Translations under genes and position numbers: made by a program | Shown here: piece by piece, positions 25,448-36,859 of the stretch | Layout: each line of letters begins with the position of its first letter | Numbering within the stretch: the first letter of the stretch is position 1 | Notes under the pieces: model-generated | The model's database searches: none | What the model saw: the letters and a program-made list of their open reading frames with translations, nothing else | What the model was told of the DNA's origin: nothing | Source of the DNA: Acidimicrobiales bacterium | GTDB taxonomy: Bacteria; Actinomycetota; Acidimicrobiia; Acidimicrobiales; GCA-2861595 | Direction of reading: 5' to 3' | Assembly (NCBI GenBank): GCA_030448025.1 | Contig: JAUJNQ010000002.1 | Location: 636,473 to 700,472 of the forward strand | Length of the DNA: 64,000 bases

Positions 25448-25923
25448 TCACCGCCCTCACCAAGTCGGCGGACGACACCCGCCAGCTCGGCGCCGCTCTG
25501 GCGCCGCTGGTCGTGGCCGGTGACGTGATCCTCCTCTCGGGGGGCCTCGGCGCGGGCAAGACCACGTTCGCCCAGGGGTTCGGCCTCGGGCTCGGCGTCC
25601 AGGACGACATCGTCAGCCCCACCTTCACCCTCATGCGTTCGTACGACGGGCGGCTCTCGCTCATCCACTGTGACGTCTACCGGCTCGACCACCTCCAGGA
25701 GGTGATCGATCTGGGTCTTCCCGAGATGCTCGATGCCGCCGCGGTGGCCCTCGTCGAATGGGGTGACGTGGCCGCGCCGGGCCTGCCCACCGATCACCTC
25801 GAGACGCGCATCGAGCTCACCCCCTCCGACGACGAACGATGGTTCCAGCTCCACCCGGTCGGCTCATCGTGGCTGGGACGCACGGACGAGCTGCGGCTCG
25901 CCACCCAGAGGTGGCAGTCATGA
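25444..25923 (+). CDS. tsaE: tRNA t6A37 biosynthesis protein TsaE
   Basis: GTG 25444 overlaps the udg stop. LSGGLGAGKTTFAQG...SPTFTL...HCDVYR is present. Confidence 0.9.
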   Translation: MITALTKSADDTRQLGAALAPLVVAGDVILLSGGLGAGKTTFAQGFGLGLGVQDDIVSPTFTLMRSYDGRLSLIHCDVYRLDHLQEVIDLGLPEMLDAAAVALVEWGDVAAPGLPTDHLETRIELTPSDDERWFQLHPVGSSWLGRTDELRLATQRWQS

Positions 25924-25933
25924 TCGGGCCCCG

Positions 25934-26632
25934 TTGATCGTCCTGGGCATCGAGACGGCCACGCAACAGGCGGGTTGCGCCCTCGGCGGCGTCGAAGGAG
26001 TGCTCGCCTCGTTCCACGTTGCCAGGGGTCGCCGCCATGCCGAGACCCTGGCTCCAGCCATCGAGTTCACCTGTCGCCAGGCCGGGGTGGCGCTTCGCGA
26101 GGTCGCCGTCGTGGCCGTCGACATCGGGCCTGGCCTGTTCACCGGCCTGCGCGTCGGCGTGGCCACCGCCAAGGCTCTGGCCATGGGTCTGCGGGTACCG
26201 ATGATCGGGCTGTCGAGCCTCGACCTGCTCGCCTTCGGCGTTCGCCAGACCAGCCGCCTGATCGTCGCCGTGATCGACGCCCGACGGGACGAGGTCTTCT
26301 ACGCCGTCTACCGGTCGGTGCCCGGCGGCGTCCAGCGGCTGGACCCGCCCCGGTTGAGCTCGGCAGAGGAGCTCGCCTCCGAGCTGATGGCCAGGAACGA
26401 GGGGGCACTGCTGGTCGGCGACGGTGCCCTCCGCTACGCCACCGCCTTCGGCGACGTTCGTGCCGCCGACATCGCCGAGGTTGGTTCGGCTCATCCCTCG
26501 GCGGCCGCCCTGGTCGAGCTGGCCCATCCACGGGCGCTGCGTGAGGAGTTCATCCAGCACTGGGAGCTGCAGCCCCTCTACCTGCGCAAGTCCGATGCCG
26601 AGCTCAACTGGGAGCGCAGGGCGAGCGCCTGA
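25934..26632 (+). CDS. tsaB: tRNA t6A37 biosynthesis protein TsaB
   Basis: TTG 25934 opens IVLGIETATQQAG. GPGLFTGLRVGVATAKAL is present. Confidence 0.88.
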   Translation: MIVLGIETATQQAGCALGGVEGVLASFHVARGRRHAETLAPAIEFTCRQAGVALREVAVVAVDIGPGLFTGLRVGVATAKALAMGLRVPMIGLSSLDLLAFGVRQTSRLIVAVIDARRDEVFYAVYRSVPGGVQRLDPPRLSSAEELASELMARNEGALLVGDGALRYATAFGDVRAADIAEVGSAHPSAAALVELAHPRALREEFIQHWELQPLYLRKSDAELNWERRASA

Positions 26633-26635
26633 ACG

Positions 26636-27256
26636 ATGGCTGCCCGAATCCCCCGCCCCGCCCCGCCCGCGCTCGTGGTGCATCTTATGCCCATGCGCCG
26701 CCGGCACCTGCGCGCCGTGATGCGGATCGAGTCCCAGGTGTATCCCCGCCCCTGGTCGCTGGCGCTGTTCATGAGCGAGCTGGCGTTGCGGACCACGAGG
26801 GCCTACACCGTGGCTCGCGTCGACGGTGCGGTGATCGGCTACTCGGGCCTCATGCTCGCCGGTGACGACGCCCACGTCACCACCATCGCCGTCGACCCGG
26901 CGTGGCACCGCCGGGGGATCGGGAGCCGGCTCCTCCTCAACATGGTCCGCACGGCCGCGGCTCGGGGCGCCGGCCACCTCACCCTGGAGGTCCGAGTCGG
27001 CAACGAGGCGGCCCAGGTGCTGTACCGACGGTTCGGCTTCTACCCTGCGGGCGTCCGCAAGAACTACTACGCCGAGACCAACGAGGACGCCCTGGTGATG
27101 TGGGTCGACGACATCGCCACGCCTGTGTACCGAGAGCGGCTGGCGGAGATCGAGGCCACCATCTCGGGAACCACGGTGGTGGTGGGCTCGGCCGAAGGCG
27201 ACGGCGGACCCGATTCCAGGGAGCCCGAAGACAACCAAGGGAGAGAGGACGCATGA
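26636..27256 (+). CDS. rimI: ribosomal-protein-alanine N-acetyltransferase
   Basis: The GNAT core is VTTIAVDPAWHRRGIGSRLL...LEVRVGNEAAQVLYRRFGF. A later start (ATG near 26687) is possible. Confidence 0.85.
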   Translation: MAARIPRPAPPALVVHLMPMRRRHLRAVMRIESQVYPRPWSLALFMSELALRTTRAYTVARVDGAVIGYSGLMLAGDDAHVTTIAVDPAWHRRGIGSRLLLNMVRTAAARGAGHLTLEVRVGNEAAQVLYRRFGFYPAGVRKNYYAETNEDALVMWVDDIATPVYRERLAEIEATISGTTVVVGSAEGDGGPDSREPEDNQGREDA

Positions 27257-28257
27257 GCGATCGGATCCTCGGAATCGAGACGTCCTGCGACGAGACGGCT
27301 GCTGCCGTCGTCGCCGACGGCCACGACGTGATGTCCTCGGTGGTGAGCAGCCAGGTCGACCTGCACGCCACCTTCGGTGGTGTCGTGCCCGAGATCGCCA
27401 GCAGGGCCCACGTGGAGCTGCTGAATCCCGTGATCGGCAGAGCCCTCCTCGAGGCCACCGTCGACCCTCATGGCCTGGCTGCGGTGGCGGCCACGGTCGG
27501 ACCCGGCCTCATCGGCTCGCTCCTCGTAGGCGTGAGCGCGGCCAAGGCGCTCTGCCTGGCGTGGGAGGTGCCCTTCGTGGGGGTCAACCACCTGGAGGCC
27601 CATCTCTACGCCGCCTTCCTCGAAGAGCCGGACCTAGAGCTGCCCGTCGTCGTCCTCCTGGCCTCGGGGGCTCACACCATGGTGGTGCTGATGGAGGCTC
27701 ACGGTCGCTACCGGGTGCTCGGCTCCACCATCGACGACGCCGCCGGCGAGGCCTTCGACAAGGTGGCTCGCTTCCTCGGTCTCGGTTACCCGGGCGGTCC
27801 GGTCATCGACCGCCTGGCCAAGGACGGGGACCCTTCTGCCGTCCGGTTCCCGAGAGGGCTACCCGAGCGCCCCTACGACTTCTCGTTCAGCGGCCTCAAG
27901 ACGTCGGTGGTCACCCACGTGCGCAAGCATCCAGAGCTGGCCGTGGCCGATGTTGCCGCCTCCTTTCAGGAGGCCGTGGTGGACGTGCTAGTCGCCAAGG
28001 CCCGGCGGGCCGCGGCCGAGACGGGGGCCAAGGGAATGGTCCTGGGCGGGGGGGTGGCCGCCAACTCCCGGCTGCGGGAGCGGGCGCTCGAGGTGTGCGC
28101 CGCAGACGGCATGCGGGCGTTCCTGCCCAGCCGGTCCATGTGCACGGACAACGCAGCCATGGTGGCGGCGGCCGGTTGGTGGCGCCTGAAGGCTGACGGC
28201 CCCACCCCGCTCGACGCCGCCGCCGAACCCAGCCTCAACCTGGCCACCACGGTGTAG
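27253..28257 (+). CDS. tsaD: tRNA N6-adenosine threonylcarbamoyltransferase
   Basis: ATG 27253 overlaps the rimI stop. ILGIETSCDETAAAVV...GVNHLEAH is present. Confidence 0.95.
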   Translation: MSDRILGIETSCDETAAAVVADGHDVMSSVVSSQVDLHATFGGVVPEIASRAHVELLNPVIGRALLEATVDPHGLAAVAATVGPGLIGSLLVGVSAAKALCLAWEVPFVGVNHLEAHLYAAFLEEPDLELPVVVLLASGAHTMVVLMEAHGRYRVLGSTIDDAAGEAFDKVARFLGLGYPGGPVIDRLAKDGDPSAVRFPRGLPERPYDFSFSGLKTSVVTHVRKHPELAVADVAASFQEAVVDVLVAKARRAAAETGAKGMVLGGGVAANSRLRERALEVCAADGMRAFLPSRSMCTDNAAMVAAAGWWRLKADGPTPLDAAAEPSLNLATTV

Positions 28258-28350
28258 CTGTCCTCAAGTGCGGGTGTGTCGCTGCCGATGTAAGGCAGGG
28301 GCCGCCGCAGTGACGTCGCCCTCGATGCCGGCCGGAGGACGAGAAGCGAC

Positions 28351-30309
28351 GTGCGAGCCCTGATGACGAGGCGCAGCCTGGTGTCGTGGCGCAGCCGAAG
28401 GTCGGGGCCCGTGGGAGGGGACCGACGGCGACGGGGCTTCGCAACCCGGCTATTCGTTTCCACGTCACTGGTCCTGGTTGCGGTCGGGCTGGTCCTGCAG
28501 GTCTCCCAGAGCGCGGCCTTGCGTCGCATCCTGATCGACGAGGGTTTGAAGCGCCACGAGGCCGAGGCCCGCCTGATCGAGCGCACCTTCGAAGGCGCCA
28601 CCGACGCTCGAGCAGCCCGACGCGAGGTGGGTGCGGTTCTGGCCCAGGTGCAGAACCGGCCGGACGTGGCCAATGCCTATGTGATCGACTCGACCGGCAC
28701 GGTGATCGTGGCCGGCGACCCCGACGACGAGGGAGAGGTCCGTTACTCGCCGGCAGTCGACGCGGTCTTTCGGAGCGGCAAGTCCCGCTTCCAAAGCGAG
28801 GACGAGGGAGATCGGCCCTTCGAGTTTCTCGCCCCGGTCGAGTTGCCAACCGGACGGGTGGTACTCGAGGTGGAGGAGCTCCCGGTCCTGCTCGAGCAGG
28901 AGCTGGCCGCGTTGCGTCGCTCTTCGTACGGGGCGCTGGGTGCGAGCTTGTTGATCGCCCTCCCGCTGTTGTGGCTCCTGGGTGGGCGCTCCCTCGCGGT
29001 TCGCTACCAGTCGGCCGAGGAGCGATCGAGCCGGGACAGCCTGACCGGCCTTGCCAACCACCGCAGCTTTCAGGAGGAGATACACCGGGAGGTGACTCGG
29101 GCGCTGCGCGACGGCGGCCCCCTGTCGGTGGCCATGGTGGACGTGGACGACTTCAAGATCGTGAACGACCAGGCCGGGCACCGTCACGGTGACGAGATGC
29201 TGGTGGAGCTCAGCGCCGCTTTGCAGAGCGGGCGACTCACCGACAGGGCCTTCCGGATCGGCGGAGACGAGTTCGCCCTCGTCCTGCCCCAGACGGACAG
29301 CGAGGGTGCGAGCGTGGCCGCCGAATGGCTGCGGGCCAAGGTGGCCAGCCGCCTCCCGAACACCACCATCAGCATCGGGCTCGCCACACTGGGCCCCGAG
29401 GGCGACGCCAACGTGTTGCGCGACGAGGCCGACGCAGCGCTCTACGAGGCCAAGCGGCTGGGTCGCAACCGGGCCGTGTCCTTCCACGAGGCGGCCCTCA
29501 CCTCGGTCCTGCCCGCGGCCAAGGTGCAAGCTCTGCGCGCTCTGCTGGAGGAAGGACGGTTGAGCGCCGTCTACCAACCCATCTGGAACAGGCGCGGCGG
29601 TGTGGTGATGGCCTTCGAGGGCCTGGCCCGGCCGTCGAAGGACTACGGCTTCGACGGGCCTTTCGAGGCGTTCCAGGTGGCCGAGAGGATCGGAAAGGTG
29701 GACGAGTTGGACGCCCTCTGCCGTCGGGCCGTGCTCAGCGGCGCCGGAGAGCTGCCGCCCGACGCCCTCCTCTTCGTCAACGTCTCGCCCCAAGTGCTCG
29801 ACCACGAGTCGCTGGCCGGAAGGCGCCTGGTCGAGGAGGTCGAGGCGGTTGGTCTGGGGCCCGAACGAGTGGTCATCGAGATCACCGAGCGGTCCACCGA
29901 GCGGTTGGACGTCGTGGTGCGCGAGGCAGCCAGGTTGCGGCGGCTCGGCTTCAAGCTCGCCCTCGACGACGTGGGCTCGGGCAACGCCGGCCTGGAGATG
30001 CTGCTCGAGGTGAGGTTCGACTTCGTCAAGGTCGATCGCAGCGTGGCCGACAGCATCGTCGAGGACGGCCCCGGTCGGGCCGTGATGGCGGCTGTGTGCG
30101 CGTTTGCCTCCGAGGCCCGCTCGTTCGTCATCGTCGAGGGCATCGAGACTCAGGCGATGCTCGACTCCGTCGAGCTGATCCTGGTGCGCCACTACTTGAG
30201 CGCGGGCTACGGGGTCCAGGGGTACCTCCTCGGGAGACCGGCCGACGGCTTCGAAGCGGCCGCGGTTGGCCGCCCGGTTGCCAGTGTGGTGGCGGGTGGC
30301 TATCGTTAG
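28351..30309 (+). CDS. membrane-anchored GGDEF/EAL (c-di-GMP) protein
   Basis: The GGDEF part is DSLTGLANHR...RIGGDEFALV. The EAL part is YQPIW...EITERS...DDVGSGNAGLEML...VKVDRS...EGIET. Confidence 0.9.
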   Translation: MRALMTRRSLVSWRSRRSGPVGGDRRRRGFATRLFVSTSLVLVAVGLVLQVSQSAALRRILIDEGLKRHEAEARLIERTFEGATDARAARREVGAVLAQVQNRPDVANAYVIDSTGTVIVAGDPDDEGEVRYSPAVDAVFRSGKSRFQSEDEGDRPFEFLAPVELPTGRVVLEVEELPVLLEQELAALRRSSYGALGASLLIALPLLWLLGGRSLAVRYQSAEERSSRDSLTGLANHRSFQEEIHREVTRALRDGGPLSVAMVDVDDFKIVNDQAGHRHGDEMLVELSAALQSGRLTDRAFRIGGDEFALVLPQTDSEGASVAAEWLRAKVASRLPNTTISIGLATLGPEGDANVLRDEADAALYEAKRLGRNRAVSFHEAALTSVLPAAKVQALRALLEEGRLSAVYQPIWNRRGGVVMAFEGLARPSKDYGFDGPFEAFQVAERIGKVDELDALCRRAVLSGAGELPPDALLFVNVSPQVLDHESLAGRRLVEEVEAVGLGPERVVIEITERSTERLDVVVREAARLRRLGFKLALDDVGSGNAGLEMLLEVRFDFVKVDRSVADSIVEDGPGRAVMAAVCAFASEARSFVIVEGIETQAMLDSVELILVRHYLSAGYGVQGYLLGRPADGFEAAAVGRPVASVVAGGYR

Positions 30310-30332
30310 CACTCGCAAGGTGCGAGTGCTAA
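30306..30332. promoter_or_regulatory. CIRCE (HrcA operator) TTAGCACTC-N9-GAGTGCTAA
   Basis: Perfect match ttagcactcgcaaggtgcgagtgctaa, 66 nt upstream of groES. It overlaps the TAG stop of the GGDEF/EAL gene. Confidence 0.92.
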
Positions 30333-30397
30333 CGGCTGAGAGTGCCAGCAGCATCGCCCGCTAACGAAGCCGCCAACAGTCCAACCGGAGGTCAACC

Positions 30398-32370
<1,973 letters not shown>

Positions 32371-32385
32371 CACGCCGCGGTTCAT

Positions 32386-32428
32386 CTGGAGGACATAGCC
32401 GGCGGGAACGACGGGCTATGTCCTCCAG
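32386..32428 (+). terminator. stem-loop after groEL (15-bp perfect stem, 13-nt loop)
   Basis: ctggaggacatagcc (32386-32400) pairs with ggctatgtcctccag (32414-32428). There is no U-tract, as is common in high-GC actinobacteria. Confidence 0.6.
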
Positions 32429-32458
32429 AAACGAGAGCTCGGAGCGTAGAGTCGAGGC

Positions 32459-32632
32459 ATGGTCGTCGAGGATCGCCCCGCTCCGGACCCGGAGAAGCTG
32501 CTGGCCTTCTGGCTGGAGTGGGAACGCGGGGAGACACCACCCGGCCGGGTGCTGGCCAACCTGAAGACGGCGGGCCTGCGCGACCTGCTGGAGTCCACCG
32601 TCGCAGCCCATCGGGAGATCGGCTTGGGCTGA
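32459..32632 (+). CDS. hypothetical 57-aa protein
   Basis: This ORF is below the track cutoff: MVVEDRPAPDPEKLLAFWLEWERGETPPGRVLANLKTAGLRDLLESTVAAHREIGLG. The composition looks protein-like. I did not recognise a family. Confidence 0.4.
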   Translation: MVVEDRPAPDPEKLLAFWLEWERGETPPGRVLANLKTAGLRDLLESTVAAHREIGLG

Positions 32633-32637
32633 CGGCC

Positions 32638-32835
32638 TCAGCCCGTGGTCAATCCCATTTCCCGTGCGGCTTGGGCCTGGTTGCGATCGCGGGTCACGAA
32701 CACGATCCGCTCCTCCCGGAAGATGGTCTTCACCTCGCCTTGGGCAACGGCCAGGTGAATCGCATCCGACGTTCGCAGACCGTGCTCGAGAACGAGCTCA
32801 CAGGCTCGATGAGGATGAGCCTCAGGCCAACCCAA
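32638..32835 (-). pseudogene. C-terminal fragment of a PIN-domain (VapC) toxin
   Basis: LRTSDAIHLAVAQGE...IVFVTRDRNQAQAAREMGL. The N-terminal half of the domain would have to overlap the guaB3-like start, and no antitoxin lies upstream. Confidence 0.6.
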
Positions 32836-32877
32836 GGCGGTTATCCTGGCTCCTTCGTCGGGCCCAGGGAGGTAAAG

Positions 32878-34041
32878 ATGGCTGAGGTCGAGATCGGCAT
32901 CGGCAAGTCTGGTCGGAGGGCCTATGGGTTCGACGACATCGCCATCGTCCCCAGCAGGCGTACCCGAGATCCGGAGGACGTCGACATCTCCTGGGAGCTC
33001 GACGCCTTCAACTTCGAGCTCCCGCTCATGGCGTCGGCCATGGACGGGGTGGTGAGCCCCTCCACCGCCATCGAGATCGGCCGCCTCGGCGGCGTCGCCG
33101 TGCTCAACCTCGAAGGCCTGTGGACCCGCTACGAGGACCCGGAGCCGCTGCTCGAGGAGATCGCCGACCTCGACGACGACAAGGCCACGGCCCGGATGCA
33201 GCAGATCTACGCCGAGCCCATCAAGCTCGAGCTGGTGACTCGGCGCATCCGGGAGATCAAGGAGGGCGGCGCCGTCTCCTGCGTCTCACTCACGCCGCAG
33301 CGCGTGGAGCGCTACACCGACGCCCTGCTGGAGGCCGAGCTGGACCTGCTGGTGATCCAGGGAACGGTGGTCTCGGCCGAGCACGTCTCAAAGACCACCG
33401 AGCCCCTCAACCTCAAGAAGTTCATCCGTGAGCTCGACATCCCGGTCATCGTGGGGGGCTGTGCCTCGGCCCAGCCGGCTCTGCATCTCATGCGTACCGG
33501 AGCGGTGGGGATCCTGGTGGGCGTGGGCCCGGGCAATGCCTGCACCACGCGAGGCGTCCTCGGGATCGGCGTGCCCCAGGCCACCGCCATCGCCGACGCC
33601 GCCGGCGCCCGCATGCGCCACTTGGACGAGACGGGCGTGTACGTGCAGGTCATCGCCGACGGGGGCATGAGCCGCGGTGGCGACATCGCCAAGGCCATCG
33701 CCTGCGGTGCCGACGCGGTGATGATCGGCTCCCCCCTCACCTCGGCTCACGAGGCGCCCGGCCGTGGTCACCACTGGGGTATGGCCACCTTCCATCCCAC
33801 CCTGCCCCGCGGCACTCGCGTCAGCACCCGTACACGAGGCAGCCTCCAGGAGATACTCATCGGTCCGGCCCACGAGAACGACGGTCGCCTCAACCTGTTT
33901 GGCGCGCTGCGCACCTCCATGGCCACGTGCGGCTACGAGTCGGTCAAGGAGTTCCAGAAGGCCGAGGTCATGGTGGCCCCCTCATTGCAGACCGAAGGCA
34001 AAGACCTCCAGCGCACCCAGGGCGTGGGCATGGCGAGGTGA
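32878..34041 (+). CDS. GuaB3-type IMP dehydrogenase-family protein (no CBS pair)
   Basis: ATG 32878 opens [40 protein letters not shown] and ADGGM are present. It lies immediately upstream of guaA. Confidence 0.88.
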   Translation: MAEVEIGIGKSGRRAYGFDDIAIVPSRRTRDPEDVDISWELDAFNFELPLMASAMDGVVSPSTAIEIGRLGGVAVLNLEGLWTRYEDPEPLLEEIADLDDDKATARMQQIYAEPIKLELVTRRIREIKEGGAVSCVSLTPQRVERYTDALLEAELDLLVIQGTVVSAEHVSKTTEPLNLKKFIRELDIPVIVGGCASAQPALHLMRTGAVGILVGVGPGNACTTRGVLGIGVPQATAIADAAGARMRHLDETGVYVQVIADGGMSRGGDIAKAIACGADAVMIGSPLTSAHEAPGRGHHWGMATFHPTLPRGTRVSTRTRGSLQEILIGPAHENDGRLNLFGALRTSMATCGYESVKEFQKAEVMVAPSLQTEGKDLQRTQGVGMAR

Positions 34042-35582
34042 GACAGCCCGAGGGGTCCGACACCGTTTTGGTGGTGGACTTCGGGGCCCAGTACGCACAG
34101 CTCATCGCACGCCGGGTGCGTGAGGCCCACATGTACTCCGAGATCGTCCCCCACACCATCACTGCGGCCGAGATTCAGGCCCGCGCCCCGGCGGCGGTCA
34201 TCCTGAGCGGCGGTCCGAGGTCGGTGCACGTGGAGGGCGCTCCGGTCCTCGACCCCGCCGTGTACGAGACCGGCGTCCCGATGCTCGGCATCTGCTACGG
34301 CGCCCAGCTCGTGGCCCAGCAGCTCGGCGGGGAGGTGGCGCCCACGGGGCGAGGCGAGTACGGCCGCACACCGATGCGCGTCGTGGGCAGCTCGCCGCTG
34401 TTCACCGACCTTCCGGTGGAGCAGGACGTGTGGATGAGCCACTTCGACTCCATCGTGGAAGGGCCGGAGGGATTCCGTGTGGTGGCCAGCACCGCCGAGT
34501 CCCCGGCCGCTGCCATCGAGGACCCCGAACGGCGGATCTACGGCGTCCAGTTCCACCCCGAGGTGGCCCACACTGCCCGGGGCCAGGAGGTGCTCAAGCA
34601 CTTCCTCTACGACGTGGCCGGCTGCCGGCCGGCGTGGACCATGACCTCGATCATCGAGCGATCCGTGGTGGCCATCCGAGAGCAGGTCGGAGGCGATCGG
34701 GTGATCTGCGGTCTGTCCGGTGGTGTGGACTCGGCCGTCGCCGCCGCCCTGGTGCAAAAGGCGGTCGGCGACCAGCTCACCTGCGTCTTCGTGGACACCG
34801 GGCTGCTGCGTTCGGGCGAGGCGGAGCAGGTGACAGAGACGTTCCGCGGCCAGTTCAGCGTGGACCTGGTCCACGCCAAGGCAGGCGACCGCTTCCTCGA
34901 GGCCCTCGACGACGTCATCGACCCCGAGCGCAAGCGCAAGGCCATCGGCGCCACGTTCATCCGTGTGTTCGAGGAGGTGGCGCGCGACCTCGACGACGCC
35001 CGCTTCCTCGTCCAGGGCACGCTGTACCCCGACATCATCGAGTCGGGCACCGCTGACGCGGCCAGGATCAAGAGCCACCACAACGTGGGCGGCCTACCCG
35101 ACGACATGGACTTCGAGCTGGTGGAGCCGCTGCGCAACCTGTTCAAGGACGAGGTGCGGGCCATGGGCGAGGAGCTGGGATTGCCCGAGGACATCGTGTG
35201 GCGCCAGCCCTTCCCCGGGCCCGGTCTGGCCGTGCGCATCGTGGGCACGGTGACACCGGAGCGCCTGGAGGTGCTCCGGGCCGCCGACGCCATCGTGACC
35301 GAGGAGATCAAGCGGGCCGGTCTGTACCGGGAGCTGTGGCAGAGCTTCGCCGTGCTGCCGGCCGTGCGCACGGTGGGAGTGATGGGCGACGAGCGCAGCT
35401 ACGCCTACCCAATCGTGATCCGGGCCGTCACCTCCGACGACGCCATGACCGCGGACTGGGCCCGGCTCCCTTACGAGGTGCTGGAGCGCCTGTCCAGCCG
35501 CATCATCAACGAGGTGCCCGGGGTCAACCGGGTCGCCCTAGACATCACGTCGAAGCCCCCCGGCACCATCGAGTGGGAGTAG
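34038..35582 (+). CDS. guaA: glutamine-hydrolysing GMP synthase
   Basis: GTG 34038 overlaps the upstream stop. [37 protein letters not shown] and the C-terminal KPPGTIEWE are present. Confidence 0.95.
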   Translation: MRQPEGSDTVLVVDFGAQYAQLIARRVREAHMYSEIVPHTITAAEIQARAPAAVILSGGPRSVHVEGAPVLDPAVYETGVPMLGICYGAQLVAQQLGGEVAPTGRGEYGRTPMRVVGSSPLFTDLPVEQDVWMSHFDSIVEGPEGFRVVASTAESPAAAIEDPERRIYGVQFHPEVAHTARGQEVLKHFLYDVAGCRPAWTMTSIIERSVVAIREQVGGDRVICGLSGGVDSAVAAALVQKAVGDQLTCVFVDTGLLRSGEAEQVTETFRGQFSVDLVHAKAGDRFLEALDDVIDPERKRKAIGATFIRVFEEVARDLDDARFLVQGTLYPDIIESGTADAARIKSHHNVGGLPDDMDFELVEPLRNLFKDEVRAMGEELGLPEDIVWRQPFPGPGLAVRIVGTVTPERLEVLRAADAIVTEEIKRAGLYRELWQSFAVLPAVRTVGVMGDERSYAYPIVIRAVTSDDAMTADWARLPYEVLERLSSRIINEVPGVNRVALDITSKPPGTIEWE

Positions 35583-36859
35583 GCCCGAGCCCCGATCAGC
35601 TCGCCTCCTGGGTGGGCGACGCCCGCCGGCGCACCATCGAGCTGGTGGAGGACCTGAGCGACGAGCAGCTCGTCGGCCCCTTGCTCGACGTCGTCAACCC
35701 GCTGCTCTGGGAGGTGGGCCACCTGGCCTGGTTCCAGGAGCGCTTCGTGCTGCGCCAGGCCTGCGGCGAGGCTCCGATCCGTTCCGACGCCGACGCCGTC
35801 TGGGACTCGGGAGCCATCCCCCACGACACCCGCTGGCGCCTGGCATTGCCCACCAGAGAGGAGACCCTCGAGTACGTGCACGAGGTGCGCGACCGGGTGA
35901 TCGACCGCGTCCTCGCCGCCGGGGACAACGACGTCGTCCTCCACTTCGCCCAGTACACCGTGGGCCACGACGACATGCACACCGAGGCCATCACCTACAC
36001 CCGCCAGACCCTCGGGTATCCCGAGCCGACCCTGTCCGATCTGGCCCGCGCCGACACCGCTGTCGGGTCAGGGGGCTGCGAGCTCTTCGACGACGCCGAG
36101 GTGCCGGGTGGAGCGTTCCTGCTCGGGGCCATGCGGCGGGAGCCGTTCGTCTTCGACAACGAGAAGTGGGCCCACCCCGTGGAGCTCGAGCCCTTCGCCA
36201 TGGCCAGAGGACCGGTGACCCAGGATGACCTTGCCGGGTTCGTGGAGGACGACGGATACCGGCGGCCGGAGTTGTGGGGAGACGAGGGGTGGCGCTGGCG
36301 CCAAGGGGTGGGCGCCGATCACCCGGTTTACTGGCGGCCAGAGGGCAAGGGCTGGCAACGGCGGCACTTCGACCGCTGGGTCGACCTCGAGCCGAACCGG
36401 CCTGCCGTCCACGTGAGCTGGCACGAGGCCGAGGCCTACTGCCGGTGGGCCGGGCGCCGGCTGCCGACCGAGGCGGAGTGGGAGCTCGCCGCCACCGGGC
36501 TACCCAAGCGTCGCTTCCCTTGGGGAGACGGAGACGCCGAGCCACGCCACGCCAACCTCGACTGGCAGGCCATGGGCACCGTGGACGTGGACCTGTTCGC
36601 TGACGGATACTCCCCGTTTGGATGTCGCCAGATGCTGGGGAACGTCTGGGAGTGGACGGCCACCACCTTCGGCCCCTATCCCAACTTCGAGCCGGACGCC
36701 TACAAGGAGATGTCCGAGCCGTGGTTCGGTTCTCGCAAGGTGCTCCGTGGGGGCTCCTGGGCAACACGCTCGCGGTTCGTGCGCTCCAGCATGCGCAACT
36801 ACTTCACCCCTGACCGGCGGGACGTGTTCGCCGGCTTCCGCACCTGTGCCCTGAGGTAA
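35573..36859 (+). CDS. EgtB/SenA-family enzyme (DinB_2 + FGE-sulfatase domains)
   Basis: [58 protein letters not shown] and RGGSWAT. The start is uncertain (GTG 35573 or 35612). Confidence 0.85.
   Translation: MGVGPSPDQLASWVGDARRRTIELVEDLSDEQLVGPLLDVVNPLLWEVGHLAWFQERFVLRQACGEAPIRSDADAVWDSGAIPHDTRWRLALPTREETLEYVHEVRDRVIDRVLAAGDNDVVLHFAQYTVGHDDMHTEAITYTRQTLGYPEPTLSDLARADTAVGSGGCELFDDAEVPGGAFLLGAMRREPFVFDNEKWAHPVELEPFAMARGPVTQDDLAGFVEDDGYRRPELWGDEGWRWRQGVGADHPVYWRPEGKGWQRRHFDRWVDLEPNRPAVHVSWHEAEAYCRWAGRRLPTEAEWELAATGLPKRRFPWGDGDAEPRHANLDWQAMGTVDVDLFADGYSPFGCRQMLGNVWEWTATTFGPYPNFEPDAYKEMSEPWFGSRKVLRGGSWATRSRFVRSSMRNYFTPDRRDVFAGFRTCALR

Noticed and set aside
25833-25846. GAAC-N4-GTTC cores occur inside coding regions: CGAACGATGGTTCC in tsaE, and TGAACCCGGGTTCGG at 61918-61932 in icd.
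   Set aside because: Both are intragenic, each deviates from the CGAAC/GTTCG flanks on one side, and they sit in housekeeping genes. They are most likely chance matches rather than LexA operators.
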